Assembly (NCBI GenBank): GCA_032718475.1
Contig: JAUCBJ010002740.1
Location: 979-64,978, forward strand
Direction: 5' to 3'
Length of the DNA: 64,000 nt
Origin: Nemertoderma westbladi
Taxonomy: Eukaryota; Animalia; Xenacoelomorpha
Of this stretch, positions 36,758 through 50,699 are shown piece by piece (position 1 is the stretch's first letter; the number at the start of each line of letters is the position of its first letter). The notes under the pieces are model-generated. The model did no database searches, was not told the origin of the DNA, and worked only from the letters and a program-made list of their open reading frames with translations. A program made the translations under genes and the position numbers.

Positions 36758-39700
36758 TTGTTAGTGGAAACCAGGATAGTTTATCGGCTTACTGTGTTTG
36801 TTAGTGGACACCAGGATAGTTTATCGGCTTACTGTGTTTGTTAGTGGACACCAGGATAGTTTATCGGCTTACTGTGTTTGTTAGTGGACACCAGGAGAGT
36901 TTATCGGCTTACTGTGTTTGTTAGTGGATACCAGGATAGTTTATCGGCTTACTGTGTTTGTTAGTGGACACCAGGATAGTTTATAGGCTTACTGTGTTTG
37001 TTAGTGGACACCAGGATAGTTGATCAGCTTACTGTGTTTGTTAGTGGACACCAGGATAGTTTATCGGCTTACTGTGTTTGTTAGTGGACACCAGGATAGT
37101 TTAACGGCTTACTGTGTTTGTTAGTGGACACCAGGATAGTTTATCGGCTTACTGTGTTTGTTAGTGGACACCAGGATAGTTTATCGGCTTACTGTGTTTG
37201 TTAATGGGCACCTGGAGAGTTTATCGGCTTACTGTGTTTGTTAGTGGACACCAGGATAGTTTATCGGCTTACTGTGTTTGTTAGTGGACACCAGGATAGT
37301 TTATCGGCTTACTGTGTTTGTTAATGGGCACCAGGAGAGTTTATCGGCTTACTGTGTTTGTTAGTGGACACCAGGATAGTTTATCGGCTTACTGTGTTTG
37401 TTAATGGGCACCAGGAGAGTTTATCGGCTTACTGTGTTTGTTAGTGGACACCAGGATAGTTTATCGGCTTACTGTGTTTGTTAGTGGACACAAGGATAGT
37501 TTATAGGCTTACTGTGTTTGTTAGTGGACACCAGGATAGTTTATAGGCTTACTGTGTTTGTTAATGGACACCAGGATAGTTTATCGGCTTACTGTGTTTG
37601 TTAATGGGCACCAGGAGAGTTTATCGGCTTACTGTGTTTGTTAATGGGCACCAGGAGTTTATCGGCTTACTGTGTTTGTTAGTGGACACCAGGATAGTTG
37701 ATCAGCTTACTGTGTTTGTTAGTGGACACCAGGATAGTTTATCGGCTTACTGTGTTTGTTAATGGGCACCAGGAGTTTATCGGCTTACTGTGTTTGTTAG
37801 TGGACACCAGGATAGTTGATCAGCTTACTGTGTTTGTTAGTGGACACCAGGATAGTTTATCGGCTTACTGTGTTTGTTAGTGGACACCAGGATAGTTTAT
37901 CGGCTTACTGTGTTTGTTAGTGGACACCAGGATAGTTTATCGGTTTACTGTGTTTGTTAGTGGACACCAGGATAGTTTATCGGCTTACTGTGTTTGTTAA
38001 TGGGCACCAGGAGAGTTTATCGGCTTACTGTGTTTGTTAGTGGACACCAGGATAGTTGATCAGCTTACTGTGTTTGTTAGTGGACACCAGGATAGTTTAT
38101 CGGCTTACTGTGTTTGTTAGTGGACACCAGGATAGTTTATCGGCTTACTCTGTTTGTTAATGGGCACCTGGAGAGTTTATCGGCTTACTGTGTTTGTTAG
38201 TGGACACCAGGATAGTTTATCGGCTTACTGCGTTTGTTAGTGGACACCAGGATAGTTTATCGGCTTACTGTGTTTGTTAATGGGCACCAGGAGAGTTTAT
38301 CGGCTTACTGTGTTTGTTAGTGGACACCAGGATAGTTTATCGGCTTACTGTGTTTGTTAGTGGACACCAGGATAGTTTATCGGCTTACTGTGTTTGTTAG
38401 TGGACACCAGGATAGTTTATCGGCTTACTGTGTTTGTTAGTGGACACCAGGATAGTTGATCAGCTTACTGTGTTTGTTAGTGGACACCAGGATAGTTTAT
38501 CGGCTTACTGTGTTTGTTAATGGGCACCTGGAGAGTTTATCGGCTTACTGTGTTTGTTAGTGGATACCAGGATAGTTTATCGGCTTACTGTGTTTGTTAA
38601 TGGGCACCAGGAGAGTTTATCGGCTTACTGTGTTTGTTAGTGGACACCAGGATAGTTGATCAGCTTACTGTGTTTGTTAGTGGACACCAGGATAGTTTAT
38701 CGGCTTACTGTGTTTGTTAATGGGCACCAGGAGAGTTTATCGGCTTACTGTGTTTGTTAGTGGACACCAGGATAGTTGATCAGCTTACTGTGTTTGTTAG
38801 TGGACACCAGGATAGTTTATCGGCTTACTGTGTTTGTTAGTGGACACCAGGATAGTTTATCGGTTTACTGTGTTTGTTAGTGGACACCAGGATAGTTTAT
38901 CGGCTTACTGTGTTTGTTAATGGGCACCAGGAGAGTTTATCGGCTTACTGTGTTTGTTAGTGGACACCAGGATAGTTGATCAGCTTACTGTGTTTGATAG
39001 TGGACACCAGGATAGTTTATCGGCTTACTGTGTTTGTTAGTGGACACCAGGATAGTTTATAGGCTTACTGTGTTTGTTAGTGGACACCAGGATAGTTTAT
39101 CGGCTTACTGTGTTTGTTAGTGGACACCAGGAGAGTTAACGGGTTACTGTGTTTGTTAGTGGACACCAGGATAGTTGATCAGCTTACTGTGTTTGTTAGT
39201 GGGCACCAGGATTGTTTATCGGCTTACTGTGTTTGTTAGTGGACACCAGGATAGTTGATCAGCTTAATGTGTTTGTTAATGGACACCAGGATAGTTTATC
39301 GGCTTACTGTGTTTGTTAGTGGACACCAGGATAGTTTATAGGCTTACTGTGTTTGTTAGTGGACACCAGGATAGTTTATCGGCTTACTGTGTTTGTTAGT
39401 GGACACCAGGATAGTTTATCGGCTTACTGTGTTTGTTAATGGGCACCAGGAGAGTTTATCGGCTTACTGTGTTTGTTAGTGGACACCAGGATAGTTTATC
39501 GGCTTACTGTGTTTGTTAGTGGACACCAGGATAGTTGATCAGCTTACTGTGTTTGTTAGTGGACACCAGGATAGTTTATAGGCTTACTGTGTTTGTTAGT
39601 GGACACCAGGATAGTTGATCAGCTTACTGTGTTTGTTAGTGGACACCAGGATAGTTTATCGGCTTACTGTGTTTGTTAGTGGACACCAGGATAGTTTATC

Positions 39701-42700
39701 GGCTTACTGTGTTTGTTAATGGGCACCAGGAGAGTTTATCGGCTTACTGTGTTTGTTAGTGGACACCAGGATAGTTGATCAGCTTACTGTGTTTGTTAGT
39801 GGACACCAGGATAGTTTATAGGCTTACTGTGTTTGTTAGTGGACACCAGGATAGTTGATCAGCTTACTGTGTTTGTTAGTGGACACCAGGATAGTTTATA
39901 GGCTTACTGTGTTTGTTAGTGGACACCAGGATAGTTTATCGGCTTACTGTGTTTGTTAGTGGATACCAGGATAGTTTATCGGCTTACTGTGTTTGTTAGT
40001 GGACACCAGGATAGTTTATCAGCTTACTGTGTTTGTTAGTGGACACCAGGATAGTTTATCGGCTTACTGTGTTTGTTAGTGGACACCAGGATAGTTTATC
40101 GGCTTACTGTGTTTGTTAGTGGACACCAGGATAGTTTATCGGCTTATTGTGTTTGTTAATGGGCACCAGGAGAGTTTATCGGCTTACTGTGTTTGTTAAT
40201 GGGCACCAGGATAGTTTATCGGCTTACTGTGTTTGTTAGTGGACACCAGGATAGTTTATCGGCTTACTGTGTTTGTTAGTGGACACCAGGATAGTTGATC
40301 AGCTTACTGTGTTTGTTAGTGGAAACCCCCATAGTTGATCAGCTTACTGTGTTTGTTACTGGCACCAGGATAGTTTATAGGCTTACTGTGTTTGTTAGTG
40401 GGCACCAGGAGAGTTTATCGGCTTACTGTGTTTGTTAGTGGACACCAGGATAGTTTATCGGCTTACTGTGTTTGTTAGTGGACACCAGGATAGTTTATCG
40501 GCTTACTGTGTTTGTTAGTGGACACCAGGATAGTTTATCGGCTTACTGTGTTTGTTAGTGGACACCAGGATAGTTGATCAGCTTACTGTGTTTGTTAGTG
40601 GACACCAGGATAGTTTATCGGCTTACTGTGTTTGTTAATGGGCACCTGGAGAGTTTATCGGCTTACTGTGTTTGTTAGTGGATACCAGGATAGTTTATCG
40701 GCTTACTGTGTTTGTTAATGGGCACCAGGAGAGTTTATCGGCTTACTGTGTTTGTTAGTGGACACCAGGATAGTTGATCAGCTTACTGTGTTTGTTAGTG
40801 GACACCAGGATAGTTTATCGGCTTACTGTGTTTGTTAATGGGCACCAGGAGAGTTTATCGGCTTACTGTGTTTGTTAGTGGACACCAGGATAGTTGATCA
40901 GCTTACTGTGTTTGTTAGTGGACACCAGGATAGTTTATCGGCTTACTGTGTTTGTTAGTGGACACCAGGATAGTTTATCGGTTTACTGTGTTTGTTAGTG
41001 GACACCAGGATAGTTTATCGGCTTACTGTGTTTGTTAATGGGCACCAGGAGAGTTTATCGGCTTACTGTGTTTGTTAGTGGACACCAGGATAGTTGATCA
41101 GCTTACTGTGTTTGATAGTGGACACCAGGATAGTTTATCGGCTTACTGTGTTTGTTAGTGGACACCAGGATAGTTTATAGGCTTACTGTGTTTGTTAGTG
41201 GACACCAGGATAGTTTATCGGCTTACTGTGTTTGTTAGTGGACACCAGGAGAGTTAACGGGTTACTGTGTTTGTTAGTGGACACCAGGATAGTTGATCAG
41301 CTTACTGTGTTTGTTGGTGGGCACCAGGATTGTTTATCGGCTTACTGTGTTTGTTAGTGGACACCAGGATAGTTGATCAGCTTAATGTGTTTGTTAATGG
41401 ACACCAGGATAGTTTATCGGCTTACTGTGTTTGTTAGTGGACACCAGGATAGTTTATAGGCTTACTGTGTTTGTTAGTGGACACCAGGATAGTTTATCGG
41501 CTTACTGTGTTTGTTAGTGGACACCAGGATAGTTTATCGGCTTACTGTGTTTGTTAATGGGCACCAGGAGAGTTTATCGGCTTACTGTGTTTGTTAGTGG
41601 ACACCAGGATAGTTTATCGGCTTACTGTGTTTGTTAGTGGACACCAGGATAGTTGATCAGCTTACTGTGTTTGTTAGTGGACACCAGGATAGTTTATAGG
41701 CTTACTGTGTTTGTTAGTGGACACCAGGATAGTTGATCAGCTTACTGTGTTTGTTAGTGGACACCAGGATAGTTTATCGGCTTACTGTGTTTGTTAGTGG
41801 ACACCAGGATAGTTTATCGGCTTACTGTGTTTGTTAATGGGCACCAGGAGAGTTTATCGGCTTACTGTGTTTGTTAGTGGACACCAGGATAGTTGATCAG
41901 CTTACTGTGTTTGTTAGTGGACACCAGGATAGTTTATAGGCTTACTGTGTTTGTTAGTGGACACCAGGATAGTTGATCAGCTTACTGTGTTTGTTAGTGG
42001 ACACCAGGATAGTTTATAGGCTTACTGTGTTTGTTAGTGGACACCAGGATAGTTTATCGGCTTACTGTGTTTGTTAGTGGATACCAGGATAGTTTATCGG
42101 CTTACTGTGTTTGTTAGTGGACACCAGGATAGTTTATCAGCTTACTGTGTTTGTTAGTGGACACCAGGATAGTTTATCGGCTTACTGTGTTTGTTAGTGG
42201 ACACCAGGATAGTTTATCGGCTTACTGTGTTTGTTAGTGGACACCAGGATAGTTTATCGGCTTATTGTGTTTGTTAATGGGCACCAGGAGAGTTTATCGG
42301 CTTACTGTGTTTGTTAATGGGCACCAGGAGAGTTTATCGGCTTACTGTGTTTGTTAGTGGACACCAGGATAGTTTATCGGCTTACTGTGTTTGTTAGTGG
42401 ACACCAGGATAGTTGATCAGCTTACTGTGTTTGTTAGTGGAAACCCCCATAGTTGATCAGCTTACTGTGTTTGTTACTGGCACCAGGATAGTTTATAGGC
42501 TTACTGTGTTTGTTAGTGGACACCAGGATAGTTGATCAGCTTACTGTGTTTGTTAGTGGACACCAGGATAGTTTATCGGCTTACTGTGTTTGTTAGTGGA
42601 CACCAGGATAGTTTATCGGCTTACTGTGTTTGTTAGTGGACACCAGGATAGTTTATCGGCTTATTGTGTTTGTTAATGGGCACCAGGAGAGTTTATCGGC

Positions 42701-45351
42701 TTACTGTGTTTGTTAATGGGCACCAGGAGAGTTTATCGGCTTACTGTGTTTGTTAGTGGACACCAGGATAGTTGATCAGCTTACTGTGTTTGTTAGTGGA
42801 CACCAGGAAAGTTTATCGGCTTACTGTGTTTGTTAGTGGACACCAGGATAGTTGATCAGCTTACTGTGTTTGTTAGTGGAAACCAGGATAGTTGATCAGC
42901 TTACTGTGTTTGTTAGTGGACACCAGGATAGTTTATAGGCTTACTGTGTTTGTTAGTGGACACCAGGATAGTTTATCGGCTTACTGTGTTTGTTCATGGG
43001 CACCAGGAGAGTTTATCGGCTTACTGTGTTTGTTAGTGGACACCAGGATAGTCGATCAGCTTACTGTGTTTGTTAGTGGACACCAGAATAGTTTATCGGC
43101 TTACTGTGTTTGTTAGTGGACACCAGGATAGTTTATCGGCTTACTGTGTTTGTTAGTGGACACCAGGATAGTTTATCGGCTTACTGTGTTTGATAATGGG
43201 CACCAGGAGAGTTTATCAGCTTACTGTGTTTGTTAGTGGACACCAGGATAGTTTATCGGCTTACTGTGTTTGATAGTGGACACCAGGATAGTTTATCGGC
43301 TTACTGTGTTTGTTAATGGGCACCAGGAGAGTTTATCGGCTTACTGTGTTTGTTAGTGGATACCAGGATAGTTTATCGGCTTACTGTGTTTGTTAATGGG
43401 CACCAGGAGAGTTTATCGGCTTACTGTGTTTGTTAGTGGACACCAGGATAGTTGATCAGCTTACTGTGTTTGTTAGTGGACACCAGGATAGTTTATAGGC
43501 TTACTGTGTTTGTTAGTGGACACCAGGATAGTTGATCAGCTTACTGTGTTTGTTAGTGGACACCAGGATAGTTTATAGGCTTACTGTGTTTGTTAGTGGA
43601 CACCAGGATAGTTTATCGGCTTACTGTGTTTGTTAGTGGATACCAGGATAGTTTATCGGCTTACTGTGTTTGTTAATGGGCACCTGGAGAGTTTATCGGC
43701 TTACTGTGTTTGTTAGTGGATACCAGGATAGTTTATCGGCTTACTGTGTTTGTTAGTGGACACCAGGATAGTTGATCAGCTTACTGTGTTTGTTAGTGGA
43801 CACCAGGATAGTTTATCGGCTTACTGTGTTTGTTAGTGGACACCAGGATAGTTTATCGGCTTACTGTGTTTGTTAGTGGACACCAGGTTGTTTATCGGCT
43901 TACTGTGTTTGTTAGTGGACACCAGGATAGTTTATCGGCTTACTGTGTTTGTTAGTGGACACCAGGATAGTTTATCGGCTTATTGTGTTTGTTAATGGGC
44001 ACCAGGAGAGTTTATCGGCTTACTGTGTTTGTTAATGGGCACCAGGAGAGTTTATCGGCTTACTGTGTTTGTTAGTGGACACCAGGATAGTTGATCAGCT
44101 TACTGTGTTTGTTAGTGGAAACCCCCATAGTTGATCAGCTTACTGTGTTTGTTAGTGGCACCAGGATAGTTTATAGGCTTACTGTGTTTGTTAGTGGACA
44201 CCAGGATAGTTGATCAGCTTACTGTGTTTGTTAGTGGACACCAGGATAGTTTATCGGCTTACTGTGTTTGTTAGTGGACACCAGGATAGTTTATCGGCTT
44301 ACTGTGTTTGTTAGTGGACACCAGGATAGTTTATCGGCTTATTGTGTTTGTTAATGGGCACCAGGAGAGTTTATCGGCTTACTGTGTTTGTTAATGGGCA
44401 CCAGGAGAGTTTATCGGCTTACTGTGTTTGTTAGTGGACACCAGGATAGTTGATCAGCTTACTGTGTTTGTTAGTGGACACCAGGAAAGTTTATCGGCTT
44501 ACTGTGTTTGTTAGTGGACACCAGGATAGTTGATCAGCTTACTGTGTTTGTTAGTGGAAACCAGGATAGTTGATCAGCTTACTGTGTTTGTTAGTGGACA
44601 CCAGGATAGTTTATCGGCTTACTGTGTTTGTTAGTGGACACCAGGATAGTTTAACGGCTTACTGTGTTTGTTCATGGGCACCAGGAGAGTTTATCGGCTT
44701 ACTGTGTTTGTTAGTGGATACCAGGATAGTTTATCGGCTTACTGTGTTTGTTAATGGGCACCAGGAGAGTTTATCGGCTTACTGTGTTTGTTAGTGGACA
44801 CCAGGATAGTTTATCGGCTTACTGTGTTTGTTAATGGGCACCAGGAGAGTTTATCGGCTTACTGTGTTTGTTAATGGGCACCAGGAGAGTTTATCGGCTT
44901 ACTGTGTTTGTTAGTGGACACCAGGATAGTTTATCGGCTTACTGTGTTTGTTAATGGGCACCAGGAGAGTTTATCGGCTTACTGTGTTTGTTAGTGGACA
45001 CCAGGATAGTTTATCGGCTTACTGTGTTTGTTAGTGGATACCAGGATAGTTTATCGGCTTACTGTGTTTGTTAATGGGCACCAGGAGAGTTTATCGGCTT
45101 ACTGTGTTTGTTAGTGGACACCAGGATAGTTTATCGGCTTACTGTGTTTGTTAATGGGCACCAGGAGAGTTTATCGGCTTACTGTGTTTGTTAGTGGACA
45201 CCAGGATAGTTGATCGGCTTACTGTGTTTGTTAGTGGACACCAGGATAGTTTATCGGCTTACTGTGTTTGTTAGTGGACACCAGGATAGTTGATCGGCTT
45301 GCTGTGTTTGTTAGTGGACACCAGGATAGTTTATCGGCTTACTGTGTTTGT
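36758..45351. repeat. 40-bp intronic satellite, ~215 copies (TTTATCGGCTTACTGTGTTTGTTAGTGGACACCAGGATAG)
   Basis: Direct reading; begins ~10 bp after the exon-3 donor; contains a 2118-bp block duplication. Confidence 0.98.
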
Positions 45352-46515
45352 TTTTGTCTTCTCATTGGAGTTAATTTTTGAGACCGGGGTGTTGGGGGGG
45401 GGGGAGGGGGGGGGAGGGGTGGGGGCTGGACGCAAATTCAATCTCAGCAAATTAATATATCTTCTCGATTGATAGTAAATTATTAATTTATGGAAAGGAG
45501 CAGGGTACAGTGTATTGTGACGGGATCCCGATACCTAAAATTCGGTGGAAAATCCCGATCCCGATTGAAAAATATCGGGATTTTTCAGGATTTGCTATAT
45601 CTGAATTTATATGCCGTGCAGCTTAAAATTTGTCAAATTGTTTAAAAATGTACAATTTTACCAATAACAAACACAAATATTTATTTAATATTTAAAATGT
45701 TGCAAAAATTATATTAAAAAAAGTTTGGGAAATGAAATAGGTAGGCCTGCGAGGGAAATCTGTGTACCATTTGAAAAAAATGATATTTTTATTGGATATT
45801 TTTACATAATCTTGGCATTTTTTAGTAGACCTACATTATATATAACATCTCCAATTATTATCTCCAACTAGTGCAGTGGCACGTTATTCTCTATCCTAAA
45901 CAATAATCTAAAGTGAATAGAAATAGGTTATAGTTTTCTTTTTGGGAGTAATCAGCTGTTTTACGTCGACTTTCCCCTGGAGAGGGATGAATTTTGTTTG
46001 CCTCCTAAGCCCCCCCCCCCCCCCCCCCACTCTCGTCCCAATCTGTAATTAATTGAAACATGTTAACCCATTTTGCGCATTTGTACCAATAATGGTCTAA
46101 TCATGATAGTTTAGTACTGTAGTACACACTGAATATTCAATAATAAGTTAATTGATGTTGTATACTAATCTATAAAATTGAGTTAGTTCGCAACAATTAT
46201 GATATAAGGTACTTCTTATTCTTCTTGCAATAATGTATATACCTATTTCTGTTGAATGTTTTGAACCATATAGGCCTACACGACATGCGTGTGTATCTTT
46301 ATATCTGTTTTAGCAGATTGCAGAACGAGGACATTGTAGATGGTATTCAGGATTAATGATCCTGCATATACGTATTCAATAATGTATTTTATTCCAAAAT
46401 TGTAACATTACTCAACGCCGTTAGTATTAACAGCGATTTGTTATTTAGCACTTTACAACTTTATAGTACATTACAGCATTGTATTGGCTTGTACATTTAG
46501 TATTGTATTTGGTGT

Positions 46516-46604
46516 TATTGTTTACGTGGTAACCATGACGGCGTTAAGTAATGTCCCCTTAGTGGACATTACTTAACGCCGTCATGGTTACCACGTAAAC
46601 AATA
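46516..46604. repeat. Perfect 41-bp-arm palindrome with 7-nt loop
   Basis: TATTGTTTACGTGGTAACCATGACGGCGTTAAGTAATGTCC-CCTTAGT-GGACATTACTTAACGCCGTCATGGTTACCACGTAAACAATA. Confidence 0.93.
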
Positions 46605-47461
46605 GGTGGAAATGATAGCCAGATAGGCCTACTGCATTACCTACCGGTAGGCGGGGTATAGCTATTAATAACCAGTAGGGCCTAGTTATATTATTATAAC
46701 ATGGCTCCAAACCTCGCGATAAATATAAGCTAACTTATTTATAACATATTTTATGTAATTTTTACATTTATTTATACAGCAACTAATATAATTTGTGCAG
46801 TTTCTATCACTTATAATGTATATGTACAATCATTTCGTAATGTTAAAATTTTGGAATAAAACTACATGCATACTTGTTGCAAAGTACTTTACAGTGTTCT
46901 GAATCTCGTGGCTTTATTTTCACTCTCTCACTAACGTTCGTTCGTGTAAAAAGACACTCGGATCATCACACTGTAAAAGGGCTACTTTACACACAAGTAT
47001 GTAAATAGTTATTGCAATAATAAGGTAGTGGGGGGACTTATATATGTATGTATGTATGTATTTATAGACCAAAGTAAGAAATAAATAAACACACATTACC
47101 GATTACACAAAATATATAACTATTTAGTCCAGGGAATATAACGCTCTAAGTAGGTAAATTATAATAACACATGAATAATATAAATAGAAATTGTTCGAAA
47201 TAATCAATGAAATCAGAGATGTAAATAAATTAATTGCCAAAATACTCATCAAAATGTCAAAGGAAGAAATAAATAAACAAACATTACCGATTACATAAAA
47301 TATATATCTATTTAGTCCGGGGAATATAACAGATATATAATAATTAAGAGATGGTGAGGGATATAAATAAACCTGTGGTAAAGTTCTGCCTTAATAGATG
47401 TAGAACTTTACTTTTTTTTTACTACTGTATACTGTATGTATACGAATATTTATATCTACAG

Positions 47462-47875
47462 TGGATGTCGGTGTGGGCAAGTTTACTATTCCTGCGACAT
47501 TCACAAGCGAGAAGGTTGGCCCAAATGGTCCTGAAGCCAAGTGCGGATACGATATCAACGTGAGTTACGAGCAGGGCGATGCGGAAGTGCGCGCTATGAT
47601 AGACAAAGCGGACATCTGCCGTCAAACCATAACAACTTCAACCAAAGGCATTTACAGCCCCGATCTGTGTTTTGCCGATCGTGATGGAATCAAGCATCCA
47701 TTCGATGTCTGGACCAATACAAAGTGCAGTCAGAGCACTACTGAATGTCTCGAGACCATTGTTGTTGAAGACAAGAAGTTACTGCCCGTCACGAAATTAC
47801 AAGTTGGGGATACCGGTTCGTCCAATGAGGTGATCTACAGTGAGACAGTCAGTGACATCGACTGCGAGAAGTTCG
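47462..47875 (+). CDS. Coding exon 4: Caspr/COLFI-like repeat 2
   Basis: TCTACAG acceptor and G|GTTAGT donor; 414 nt, phase 1-1; highly similar to exon 3. Confidence 0.9.
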
Positions 47876-48255
47876 GTTAGTTCAGCTATTAGTTATTAGT
47901 TGTTAGTCCAGGGGGGGGGGGGGGGGGGGGGGGGGGGTAGCATACAAATATGGGCACCCCTAGGCATATCTTATCTTCTTCTTGTAAGTGAGAAGATCTC
48001 AACCCTCTTAAATTATTTGAATAATGATAATATGCCAAATATAAAATAAATATGCGGAATAATATTAGCGAAGTATTATTGTACCTTCTTCATTGTCGAT
48101 GCTCAAAAAATACTGTAAGGTATATTGTAAAATTCCAAATAATATTTCTCGCCCACTAATAAATCCACACTGCTTTATTATTCTGGAGAGGTTCTTAATG
48201 TAAGCAAAACTATTAAATGTTACGTGAACTTGTAATTTTTGTAGAATAATTTTTT

Positions 48256-50331
48256 ATGCAGCACCCCAACCCCACTCTCTATGGAACACCCCAACCCCAC
48301 TCTCTATGGAACACCCCAACCCCACTCTCTATGCAACACCCCAACCCCGCTCTCTATGGAACACCCCAACCCCACTCTCTATGGAACACCCCAACCCCAC
48401 TCTCTATGGAACACCCCAACCCCGCTCTCTATGGAACACCCCAACCCCACTCTCTATGGAACACCCCAACCCCACTCTCTATGGAACACCCCAACCCCGC
48501 TCTCTATGGAACACCCCAACCCCACTCTCTATGGAACACCCCAACCCCACTCTCTATGGAACACCCCAACCCCACTCTCTATGGAACACCCCAACCCCAC
48601 TCTCTATGGAACACCCCAACCCCACTCTCTATGGAACACCCCAACCCCACTCTCTATGGAACACCCCAACCCCACTCTCTATGGAACACCCCAACCCCAC
48701 TCTCTATGGAACACCCCAACCCCACTCTCTATGGAACACCCCAACCCCACTCTCTATGGAACACCCCAACCCCACTCTCTATGCAACACCCCAACCCCAC
48801 TCTCTATGTAACACCCCAACCCCACTCTCTATGGAACACCCCAACCCCACTCTCTATGGAACACCCCAACCCCACTCTCTATGGAACACCCCAACCCCAC
48901 TCTCTATGGAACACCCCAACCCCACTCTCTATGCAGCACCCCAGCCCCACTCTCTATGCAGCACCCCAACCCCACTCTCTATGGAACACCCCAACCCCAC
49001 TCTCTATGGAACACCCCAACCCCACTCTCTATGGAACACCCCAACCCCACTCTCTATGGAACACCCCAACCCCACTCTCTATGCAACACCCCAACCCCAC
49101 TCTCTATGTAACACCCCAACCCCACTCTCTATGGAACACCCCAACCCCACTCTCTATGGAACACCCCAACCCCACTCTCTATGGAACACCCCAACCCCAC
49201 TCTCTATGGAACACCCCCAACCCCACTCTCTATGCAGCACCCCAGCCCCACTCTCTATGCAGCACCCCAACCCCACTCTCTATGGAACACCCCAACCCCA
49301 CTCTCTATGGAACACCCCAACCCCACTCTCTATGGAACACCCCAACCCCACTCTCTATGGAACACCCCAACCCCACTCTCTATGGAACACCCCAACCCCA
49401 CTCTCTATGGAACACCCCAACCCCACTCTCTATGGAACACCCCAACCCCACTCTCTATGGAACACCCCAACCCCACTCTCTATGCAGCACCCCAGCCCCA
49501 CTCTCTATGCAGCACCCCAGCCCCACTCTCTATGGAACACCCCAACCCCACTCTCTATGGAACACCCCAGCCCCACTCTCTATGGAACACCCCAACCCCA
49601 CTCTCTATGGAACACCCCAACCCCACTCTCTATGGAACACCCCAACCCCACTCTCTATGGAACACCCCAACCCCACTCTCTATGGAACACCCCAACCCCA
49701 CTCTCTATGGAACACCCCAACCCCACTCTCTATGGAACACCCCAACCCCACTCTCTATGGAACACCCCAACCCCACTCTCTATGGAACACCCCAACCCCA
49801 CTCTCTATGGAACACCCCAACCCCACTCTCTATGGAACACTCCAACCCCACTCTCTATGGAACACCCCAACCCCACTCTCTATGCAGCACCCCAACCCCA
49901 CTCTCTATGCAGCACCCCAACCCCACTCTCTATGGAACACCCCAACCCCACTCTCTATGGAACACCCCAACCCCACTCTCTATGGAACACCCCAACCCCA
50001 CTCTCTATGGAACACCCCAACCCCACTCTGTATGGAACACCCCAACCCCACTCTCTATGGAACACCCCAACCCCACTCTCTATGGAACACCCCAACCCCA
50101 CTCTCTATGGAACACCCCAACCCCACTCTCTATGGAACACCCCAACCCCACTCTCTATGGAACACCCCAACCCCACTCTCTATGGAACACCCCAACCCCA
50201 CTCTCTATGGAACACCCCAACCCCACTCTCTATGGAACACCCCAACCCCACTCTCTATGGAACACCCCAACCCCACTCTCTATGGAACACCCCAACCCCA
50301 CTCTCTATGGAACACCCCAACCCCACTCTCT
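48256..50331. repeat. 25-bp C-rich minisatellite, ~83 copies (ATGGAACACCCCAACCCCACTCTCT)
   Basis: Direct reading; the minus strand has two GGGG tracts per unit. Confidence 0.98.
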
Positions 50332-50699
50332 AAGTTAATTAATTTCTATTCATCGAGTTAATTTGTTTATGATCCACTTTACAAATATATTTTTTTCGAG
50401 AGTAACCAATAACAACCATGCAATGTCAAACTATGCATTAGCTGTATTTTCATGGAGGTGATGTCAGTTTTTTTTCAATTTTTTTGACCGTTTTTTACTC
50501 TTTTGTCCGTTTATTTTTGCATAAGGACTTATGTGTTAGTTTATTGACTATAAGCCCACAAGGGACCAAGAGGCATATCTTATCTTCTTCTTGTAAGCTT
50601 CTAATTGCTACATTAAATTGTAGCAATTACAACTGCTCACATACAGCAACAATCACGACTTACCTGGCAAACTGTAAATGAGGTATCTGGTCGGAAAAG

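Noticed and set aside
48256-50361. 701/675/385-aa Pro-rich (mucin/extensin-like) ORFs
   Set aside because: A 25-bp unit (not a multiple of 3) open in all frames; an intronic minisatellite.
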